DNA of 64,000 nucleotides. It comes from Picochlorum sp. SENEW3 (lineage: Eukaryota). Below, piece by piece: positions 1 to 7,836 of this stretch. The notes under the pieces were generated by a model. That model saw only the letters and a program-made list of their open reading frames with translations, was not told the origin of the DNA and did no database searches. Each line of letters starts with the position of its first letter. Position 1 is the first letter of the stretch. The stretch lies in the NCBI GenBank assembly GCA_034226945.1, contig CP120455.1, positions 992,001 through 1,056,000 of the forward strand, given 5' to 3'. A program made the position numbers and the translations under genes.

Positions 1-122
1 TAAACGACCTTGATCCAGAGTACCATAAAAACACAAGTTTCCAGCGAGAAGTAGCTATCCAATAAGAAAAACTGAGGTCTGAGGCAACCGAAAGAGGGGA
101 AAAGAACTACAGTAGGCATAAA

Positions 123-3100
123 CTACCTGGCAAGGTCCCAGCGGTGCTCAGAAGCTCGCCAACGAATGATGGGGAGACATGTCTGAGCTGCCGACCCGGG
201 AGAAAGGCTATCTTTATAAGCATCTAATACCTCATTGAATGTGCTGATGAGGGTGTCAATAAACTGGGCAGATGTAGCGTCTGCCGAGGCCTTGAAGATC
301 TGTCGTCGAATATCATCCAAGCTATAACTGCACGCCACCACGATGAGACCCCAAGTGTCCGAGGGGTATGGAAGATGTGATGGAGGCTGATTGATCCAAA
401 TGGAATGCAACACCTGGGTGACTGGAATGCCAATACCTGTGGCAAGGTGCTGATATAGGCTACAAGCTATGCTGCATTCTGTGGTATAATAATGGTTTCT
501 ACCTGGTGTGGCATTTGAGTGGCCACAAACACATGCTTTTTCTTTCTGCGTCTTCTGAGCATTCACCTGTGTATCCATGAGGATCTCCCAGAAAGGGAGT
601 TTATAGATAGAGGGGAGCTGAAGCTGTTGCAAAGGCTTGAAGATGCTGTGGAGTGGTCTAGGCACACTCGCTATGATCTCAAGCCAGCTCCGGAGGCGTC
701 TGCGTCGGTGCTGTCTATCTACTCGTGTGAACAAGCTAGTTCCTTGCTTCACTGTATATGTATCTAATGTCATAGAGCATTTAGGGTGTATCTGCCATCC
801 TAGTTCGCCTTGAAGGCCATTCATGACATATGTTCCTGTCTCCTGATTCTGGAGTATGGCCCTCTGAAGATCTGCGAGATGGTATGCATAGATGCTAGAT
901 GTAAATAATAAGGTAGGTGGCTCGTACCGTAAATAAGCAGGCTCGTGATGGTAAACTGTGGGCTGGAGCTCAAAATTGGGAACAGCCGGGATGCCTTTCT
1001 GTAGAAGGTGGATGGGCAAACAGGCAGGTATGCCTGTATGTTGACCATCCTGCATCTTCAAAAAGATATTCCACGCTAATTGAACCCATGCTTTCTCGGC
1101 GCCACCTGTGAATAAAAGAATATACCACTTCAAATCACGCGCAGATAGGTGGGCCTGAAGGGGTAAACAGCCAAGGCCTCCTTCTGTTGGATGGGCTGCA
1201 AAAGCTGTGCTTCTCCAAAAATTGCTCTGGAGGAGTTGGCGTATGGCTGTCCAGACTTCCTTTACTTGTGCTTGAGTGGGCTTCACAACTTCTGCATAGT
1301 ATAAATCTTTAGGAAGCAGGTATGTCGAGACAATTCTCAATTTGCTAAATGGTGATAAATGTCTTGCTTTGACTTTTCGAATGGCTGTTTTCAGTTTGGC
1401 GACTCGAGTGTCCCAGTCTATGGCAAAGGCGCCTGTATGTGCCTGGACCTGGAAACCTAGGATTGTTGCTTCACTCACCACCTGTAGCCCTGCGATTGTC
1501 CGGGGGTGCTCTGCCGGCTGTCCAATGGGGAGGAGCAATGTTTTGGTCATATTCAGGACCTGTCCAGTGCCTCGTCCAAATCGATGCATGATGTTGATGA
1601 ATCGCGAGACATCCGCGTAACTACTTAATGGTACCGTGTTGTCATCTGCATATTGTAATGTAGGAATATAGAGCTCGTGAGGGCAGCGCTGTAGTCCTCC
1701 GTGAAGATAGTGTTGCATCTTGTGTGTCAGTGGCAGTCTGATGCCAATTCTGTGTGTTTCTAGCCATCTGGCGAGGATATGGCCGATCAAAAGGTACAAA
1801 TATGGAGAGACAGGATCGCCCTGGCGTACGCCTGCTTCAAATTTTCTGCGTTTGGAAAATGCTCCATTATAGTAGACCTGACTATACGTATTCTCCAGCA
1901 AGACCGCGATCCAGTGTTGGAGTGAGGGAGGCATCTGCAAGCATTGGCAAATTTTCATGAGAAATCGTCGATCAACCTTATCATATGCTTTGGAAAAGTC
2001 GCAAACCGCTAGGAAGGCTGATTTCTGCTCAAGTTGCAAGTGCTGTGGAATGAGTTGGAGAGGCCACACTTTATCCATAGGGCTCCGCCCTGGCAGAAAG
2101 GCTGTCTGTGTGGGGCTGATCAACTGCTGCAACGGTCCTTTCAATTTCGCAAGAAGTATCTGAGTAAAAATTCGATAATCTGTGTTGAGTAGGGTGATGG
2201 GTCTGTAATTGATGGCCTGATACCTCGGTCCTTTTTTGTAAATAGGGATAATGAGACCCACTAGAAAGGACTGAGGCATGTCGTGCAAGAGACCAGTGAA
2301 GACTTTGGCCAATATCGGGGTCAAGGAGTCCTTCAAGAGCCGATACGTGACAATTTTAATGCCATCTAGGCCTGCTGCCGTGGGCTTCATTCGTTTGATG
2401 GCATTCCTGACATCTTGTTCTGTGATCATGTCGGGGAAATCCTGTGCTTGAAAAACTGTTCGATCTGCTGGCGTGAGGGAGTGTAGGATTTCCTCCTGAA
2501 TCTCTTCTGATAATATGTCCTGTTGTGAAATGTCTGCATAGTGGTCAATGAGGATATTTGCACAGGCCGTCGAGTCCCCTTGTAACTGCTGGTGGCGATC
2601 TTGAAGTCTGTAATCGGTGGTGGAATATCTGTATGGGGTCAACGGCATGGCATGACTTTCTGTGTCTGCATCCCATTGTTGTTCAGCATTCGGCTGATGA
2701 TCTACATGAGCGTAGCGATGTTGGAGCTGATGACTGGTGAAAGCGCTCATGGCTGCTTCTTGCTCTCGAAGTTGTCTGACAGCCTCCAGTTCTTTACCTC
2801 GAAATTTCCGTTGTGCACTGTACGACAGGCGTGCAATGGTGCCTTTGAGGTCAAGCCATGTCGTATAATTGATCGTATCTTGTCTGGCAAGGGGGCGAAA
2901 GCGCTGAGAACATTCATCACGGAAATTCTGCAAGATGCTGGCATCGTTTCTGAATTGAGTTGGGATGCGTCTTCTGTAGGCCTTCTGCTTCGGGGTGGTG
3001 ATCGGAGTCTGGCGCCTGAGCGCCACGATAACCGCCGCGTGATCTGTGTGGACCACCGAAGATTCAATTGACTGCACTGTGATGGATTTCAGAAGTGGTT

Positions 3101-3809
3101 CCAATTGCTTTGAACCATAGAATCTGTCTAATCTGCTCTTGGTGACGCAACGTGGGTCTTGCTGTGTCACATGCTCGTGTGTATAGGCAGCTCGGTCCCT
3201 GAGGGTACTGCTGCCCAAGTCGCATATATCTGTGCTGTCAAACGCAGTGGCCCATAATTTCGCTGTGCGTCTGTATGGATGTGCTCTGTGGAGGGTGGTC
3301 GTTGTATCACGTTGATGTGAGACAAAATTATAGTCACCTCCCCAGAGAACCGGTTGGCTGTTCTCCAGTTGTTGTTTCAGGATGCGAATGCATGGCTGTA
3401 TATCCGAATCGCGTGCTGAGCCTGTATTAGGAAAATATACCGAGCTAATACGCACGTCTAATCCAGGTCCTTTGAAACGGCCTGTCAGTATCCTGCTTGG
3501 AATATCGTGCATGATGGGGCTAAATGTATAAGACTGCTCTAGTAGTCGTCTCCTGACCAAAATGGCCACTCCTTGCCGAGGTCTTGCCTTATTGGTTGTC
3601 TGGTTTAATGCACTGCCCCAGTAACATTGCCAAGGGTGGAGGGATCGTTCAATCTGACGTATGCGATGATCATCTGTGAGTAGATGGGTCTCCTGCAATA
3701 GTACAATATCAATATGTAATCTTTCCAGTTCCACGTGTAAAGCTAATGCTTTGTCAACGTTGAGACCATTAACGTTGAGACTATAGATTCTGAGTGTCTG
3801 TGGCGTCAT
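123..3809 (-). CDS. LINE ORF2: AP endonuclease + reverse transcriptase + C-terminal zinc-binding motif (~1228 aa from ATG 3809)
   Basis: SLNVNGL, LLQETH, GGDYN, SRLDRFY, TDHAAV (APE); NYRPITLLN, DFSKAYD, GVRQGDPVSP, QYADD (RT); CVCG...H...EC near the C-terminus. The track start at 3854 is TTG; the first ATG is 3809. Confidence 0.95.
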   Translation of the reverse strand: MTPQTLRIYSLNVNGLNVDKALALHVELERLHIDIVLLQETHLLTDDHRIRQIERSLHPWQCYWGSALNQTTNKARPRQGVAILVRRRLLEQSYTFSPIMHDIPSRILTGRFKGPGLDVRISSVYFPNTGSARDSDIQPCIRILKQQLENSQPVLWGGDYNFVSHQRDTTTTLHRAHPYRRTAKLWATAFDSTDICDLGSSTLRDRAAYTHEHVTQQDPRCVTKSRLDRFYGSKQLEPLLKSITVQSIESSVVHTDHAAVIVALRRQTPITTPKQKAYRRRIPTQFRNDASILQNFRDECSQRFRPLARQDTINYTTWLDLKGTIARLSYSAQRKFRGKELEAVRQLREQEAAMSAFTSHQLQHRYAHVDHQPNAEQQWDADTESHAMPLTPYRYSTTDYRLQDRHQQLQGDSTACANILIDHYADISQQDILSEEIQEEILHSLTPADRTVFQAQDFPDMITEQDVRNAIKRMKPTAAGLDGIKIVTYRLLKDSLTPILAKVFTGLLHDMPQSFLVGLIIPIYKKGPRYQAINYRPITLLNTDYRIFTQILLAKLKGPLQQLISPTQTAFLPGRSPMDKVWPLQLIPQHLQLEQKSAFLAVCDFSKAYDKVDRRFLMKICQCLQMPPSLQHWIAVLLENTYSQVYYNGAFSKRRKFEAGVRQGDPVSPYLYLLIGHILARWLETHRIGIRLPLTHKMQHYLHGGLQRCPHELYIPTLQYADDNTVPLSSYADVSRFINIMHRFGRGTGQVLNMTKTLLLPIGQPAEHPRTIAGLQVVSEATILGFQVQAHTGAFAIDWDTRVAKLKTAIRKVKARHLSPFSKLRIVSTYLLPKDLYYAEVVKPTQAQVKEVWTAIRQLLQSNFWRSTAFAAHPTEGGLGCLPLQAHLSARDLKWYILLFTGGAEKAWVQLAWNIFLKMQDGQHTGIPACLPIHLLQKGIPAVPNFELQPTVYHHEPAYLRYEPPTLLFTSSIYAYHLADLQRAILQNQETGTYVMNGLQGELGWQIHPKCSMTLDTYTVKQGTSLFTRVDRQHRRRRLRSWLEIIASVPRPLHSIFKPLQQLQLPSIYKLPFWEILMDTQVNAQKTQKEKACVCGHSNATPGRNHYYTTECSIACSLYQHLATGIGIPVTQVLHSIWINQPPSHLPYPSDTWGLIVVACSYSLDDIRRQIFKASADATSAQFIDTLISTFNEVLDAYKDSLSPGSAAQTCLPIIRWRASEHRWDLAR

Positions 3810-3850
3810 CTTGATGGTATATATATATTGATGTATGCCTGGGGCATGGG

Positions 3851-4873
3851 TCAAAGATCATCCATGATCTCAGGATTTTGCTCCAGACAGGCTGCAATTT
3901 CTTGGAGCTCCTGTGCATGGATAGCATCCTCCTGAAGCAGCGACGGTTCTGCTAGCTGTATAGGGATGGGTGCTGGCTGCGGCGGAGATTTTCTTTGTAT
4001 CTCTGGGCTGGGTCTCCGTCTGTCCATACCTCGTTGTGAGGCGTTCGAGAACAACACAGTGCGAGAACGCTTCGTAGGAGTACTCGGGTACATCGCCTGG
4101 TTGGTCATGAGAGCCTCCCGATAGTTTGTCGGGTTCTTGGACTCTGCATAGTCTGCCCTGGCTTCTGCCAGTGCCTGTCGGCCTGAGCGGAAGGGCATCT
4201 GTCTGTGTACTGCCGTTATCCTGTGGAGAGTGAGCTTCAATGATCTGTCTCCGAACATGAACTCGATCGGTTCAATTTTGGCCAGGTTATCAACTTCCAT
4301 AGTGGCAATCCATGAGGCTTGCGTCACCTGTTTGTCACCTCCCCATTGTTCCTTCTTGTGAGCGACTTTGGTGGGATGCAGTCCTGTAGCTTCCAGGGCT
4401 GCTTTGGCCATGGAGGGATCCACGATAGCCACATCAGCTTGCTGATCCCAAAGGTCCATGGAAAAATCCTGTTGACGTGTGCGATTTGGCCACACGATTT
4501 CAACGAGCTGTTCGCTTTCGTCAACAACCATTGGAATCGTATCCTCGGGAGCAAGAGCGTCAACTGTTTCGAGCATGTCCTCAAAGGTCTGAAAACCGCA
4601 TTGCAATATGGCACAATAATTGGCTGTTTTGCCGCCGATTGGGCCCCTCACGTAAAACCATTTGGTGTCACGTGGGATGGTGAAGAACGTATCTTCCGGA
4701 AGATGTTTCTCAAGGAAAGCAAGGCACGCGTCCCTGAAGAGAGACATCCGTTCTTCCACATATGAGTTCGCATCATGATGAAGGAACCAAAACTTCTGGG
4801 GATTGTGAATCTCCAGGCGGAGGTTGAACCTTACCTCACGGCGAAACGCAGGTGGAATTGCTTGGGTCGACAT
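3851..4873 (-). CDS. LINE ORF1 (putative RNA-binding/chaperone protein, 340 aa)
   Basis: Intact ATG-initiated ORF directly upstream of ORF2 on the same strand; basic, Pro-rich C-terminal region; no recognisable domain. Confidence 0.8.
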   Translation of the reverse strand: MSTQAIPPAFRREVRFNLRLEIHNPQKFWFLHHDANSYVEERMSLFRDACLAFLEKHLPEDTFFTIPRDTKWFYVRGPIGGKTANYCAILQCGFQTFEDMLETVDALAPEDTIPMVVDESEQLVEIVWPNRTRQQDFSMDLWDQQADVAIVDPSMAKAALEATGLHPTKVAHKKEQWGGDKQVTQASWIATMEVDNLAKIEPIEFMFGDRSLKLTLHRITAVHRQMPFRSGRQALAEARADYAESKNPTNYREALMTNQAMYPSTPTKRSRTVLFSNASQRGMDRRRPSPEIQRKSPPQPAPIPIQLAEPSLLQEDAIHAQELQEIAACLEQNPEIMDDL

Positions 4874-4981
4874 TCTCGATAATGCTGGTATCGGAACGAT
4901 ATAATAAACGCAAAGAGAGCGGGTTTTGATAAATTTCGTGTCTGAACGATTTTTATAGAATTAGTTATTGAGTATGCTCAG

Positions 4982-5785
4982 TTGCAACAGCAGAAGAGCA
5001 CACTCGTCCAGCAGCAGCCCAATGTGCCCAAGAATCAAGATCAAGACGACTCTGATGGCGACGAATCGTACTCCGACAAATGGGAGGAGTTTCATGGGAT
5101 CCATTCAACAGGTCGATTCTTCAAGGAGAAGAGATATTTGACCAAGGAATTTCCGCGCTTGCTTGAGCAAGACCCACGATCGATTGGACAACCCCATCGC
5201 ATCGGTGAAATAGGATGTGGATGTGGATCGGCACTGATACCAGTTTTACGAGAGAATTCTGAGGCTGTTGCTGTCGCATGTGATGTATCTTCGACTGCTA
5301 TAGGCGTATTTGATGACATGTGCTCCCAGGCTGGGATTGACAGACGTCGGGTACAACTTCATGTGCACTCTTCAGGACGGACGGAATGTGTTACTTCAAG
5401 TCCCTTTTCCAGCAAAAGCATAGATACAATGATGATCGTTTTCACCCTATCTGCGTTTCATCCACGCGATATACAGGCTGTATTGAAAGAGGCCTGGGAT
5501 TCATTAGATTCAGGAGGAATTCTCTTGTTACGCGACTACGGTCTGTATGACATGGCGCACCTGCGGTTCACCGGAAAGCAGTTGGTTGATCCAGAGTACT
5601 TGGTATATCAGCGTGCAGAAGGGACGCTGTCATACTTCTTCTCCGTGGAATCCTTGCAGAAGATGACAGAACAAGCTGGATTTGTAACTGATGAATGCAA
5701 ATATGTGACCACGTATGTTACAAACCTGAAGAAAAACAGGAAAATGAGACGGGTATTTATCCATGGCGTGTTTAAAAAACCATGA
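4982..5785 (+). CDS. METTL6: SAM-dependent tRNA m3C methyltransferase (METTL2/6-like); 5' exon and start codon not found in the window
   Basis: KWEEFH..H...FFKEKRYL..EFP, EIGCGCG, AVACDVS, FTLSA, LLRDYGLYDMAHLRF, YQRAEGTLSYFFS, MRRVFIHGVF. Confidence 0.85.
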   Translation: MQQQKSTLVQQQPNVPKNQDQDDSDGDESYSDKWEEFHGIHSTGRFFKEKRYLTKEFPRLLEQDPRSIGQPHRIGEIGCGCGSALIPVLRENSEAVAVACDVSSTAIGVFDDMCSQAGIDRRRVQLHVHSSGRTECVTSSPFSSKSIDTMMIVFTLSAFHPRDIQAVLKEAWDSLDSGGILLLRDYGLYDMAHLRFTGKQLVDPEYLVYQRAEGTLSYFFSVESLQKMTEQAGFVTDECKYVTTYVTNLKKNRKMRRVFIHGVFKKP

Positions 5786-5828
5786 TGGGGTAATGTATAG
5801 TGTACAATATTATTATTCAATAATGCTT

Positions 5829-7243
5829 TTATTGCTGATGATCAAATGTAGGACGAGGCCCTCGTGCTCTCATCATTCTTGAACCGTCTGCCAGAGTATT
5901 CGAATCTTCAGAATTATTTATCTGCTCTTGTGTACTCTGGGACATTTGATGATCTAAAGATGCACCTTCCTCATGTTCCTCTGAATCAGGTGCAGAAGGA
6001 TTTCTAGTATTTGAAGGTCCTGATGCACCACCTTCATCCTCCCATGACATTTCAATGAGCGACAAAAGTTTATCAAAATCCAATTCAGGATGCATTGCCT
6101 TTAAAACATGCAGTTTTGTGATCGATGGTGGAACAAGCTCCAGATGATGATCCGGCGTGTGTCTCTGATTAAATCTACCCAAAACATCCCCAACACCTCT
6201 GTCATAACATGTACCGCAAATATCAAAACCGACAGATTCGGGGCAATCAGTGCATTTATATCGTTTACCAAGGATAGGATACTGCCCACACGCATCACAT
6301 CCTACCCCAAAGTGGGGATAATCACTCTTATCCAGCCACGAGGTGAGGAACCTCGTCGCCATCCGCTCCACACCCTCAGTAGTAGATGTATCCGCACCAC
6401 CAAATGTCCTATCAAGCATATCATTCAAATCACTTGGATACATATCGTGAATATCAGTGTCTTCCTGTCTACTCTTGCAAAGCATGGCCGTTCGTGGAGA
6501 GGCAATCATCAAACTCTCTGGATCAATACCACTCACCTCTGAAACCTCTCGTGCTCGACTTTCACACTCCTCTCTGAAACTACATTTCATCAAGTCCCAT
6601 ATATGAGCGCACACTGCACTCTGTTTTCCAGTCGGATGGGCATGGCAACATGGGCATCCATCATCCAGAGTGCCTCGACACTCTGGAGTTGAGCATACCA
6701 CGTGCCCACAATTCAAAATTATTGGCATGAACACTACTTTGCTACAGTAATCACATGTAAAGTCCTTCCAAGACGGCTTTCCAGGTGAGCTATGCAGCAC
6801 CAAAGGCACTGTTGTCTCTGGAGAAGCAACATCACTCTCCTCCTCCTCTGTGACCACCTCAGAGGCCCGGCTCGCGTACTGCTCCGGGAAGGACGCTTTC
6901 AGGAAACAATGCAACTTATTCGCAATCTACGCGCATCAAAATATGTATGAGTATATATTATATATAATTAATGCCCCACGAAGCTGGGTGAGGCGCTTTA
7001 TCGCGACCTCTCCATCAAACAATCAGAGGTCAACAAAAGCAATCAGGAACGACATACCGCTGGAAAATGACCGTATTGAGCCCTACACAAGGGGCATTTA
7101 CTCACTGAGAATGGACTCATTGCTTTATGAGCACACCAGAAGCAAAATAAATGCCCACAGACGTTGGCCACTGGTTTGTACAAGAGCTCTTGGCAGATTG
7201 CACAGTTCCAGCTTTGCGGGTCGGAAATATTCAACTCATCCAT
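5829..7243 (-). CDS. PRT1: RING-RING-ZZ N-end-rule E3 ligase, PRT1-like; exons 7243-7058 and 6926-5829
   Basis: RING1 CAICQELLYKP..CGH.FCFWC..CPLCR; RING2 CDYC..CGHVVC..CPCC; ZZ HFGVGCDACGQYPI.GKRYKC.DC..GFDIC..C..GRFNQRH; a GT-AG intron joins the frames. Confidence 0.88.
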
Positions 7244-7631
7244 ACTACAATACCCTACAGGAACAATTTCAACTCTCAAATGTTCGGTTCGATATCAATC
7301 AGATCATGATGAGTGAATACTCAAGTATTTTGTTTTGGGCTATGCTCCCCTGGTTCCCCTTTACTTGGGCTCTGCCGGTATCTACAAAATGTCGATCTTC
7401 CTCTCTCCCCGCATGGAGAGCCAAACATCGATGATGTACATGTGATGTGGGAATACTTGTTGGGATCAGAACTTATGAAGAAGGATATTTTTTCATATGA
7501 TAAAAAATTCATGGTTACTACAGTGTCATAAATAGTCATCGGAAGGGAGTGTCGTGCTCGAATTGATACAAATTGTACCACCAATTTTCATTGATAAAAA
7601 TTGTGCAATCTTCCCAACGTTTCGATACATC

Positions 7632-7784
7632 ATGGACACCACCTCAACTGTTATATCCATTGGTGCCAGTGATGTGATTGTTTGGACCTTGGTTCTTGTC
7701 GTCGTCTACGTGTTTATTGTCAAGAGGATTTGGAATGGACTTTTTGGAAGTGGCCTGGTTTCTGTCAAGAAGAAGGCGTCATAA
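7632..7784 (+). CDS. Putative 50-aa single-pass membrane microprotein with C-terminal KKxx
   Basis: MDTTSTVISIGASDVIVWTLVLVVVYVFIVKRIWNGLFGSGLVSVKKKAS: one hydrophobic helix followed by basic residues, ending KKAS. Confidence 0.55.
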   Translation: MDTTSTVISIGASDVIVWTLVLVVVYVFIVKRIWNGLFGSGLVSVKKKAS

Positions 7785-7836
7785 GATACTGTAGCCACGA
7801 TTAAAATTTGATACTTGAAAAAAATTCATCGATAGG

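Larger units (their letters stand above)
1..4950 (-). mobile_element. Non-LTR retrotransposon (LINE, L1/Tx1-like), two uninterrupted ORFs; 3' end probably runs off the window start, 5' boundary approximate
   Basis: Tandem ORF1 and ORF2 on the minus strand; ORF2 has AP-endonuclease, RT and C-terminal Cys/His motifs; no introns; no poly(A) tail or TSD visible in the window. Confidence 0.92.

Noticed and set aside
3851..3854. Overlapping stop/start (TTGA) coupling LINE ORF1 to ORF2
   Set aside because: The track start is TTG; the first ATG at 3809 directly precedes the APE domain, so no overlap is required
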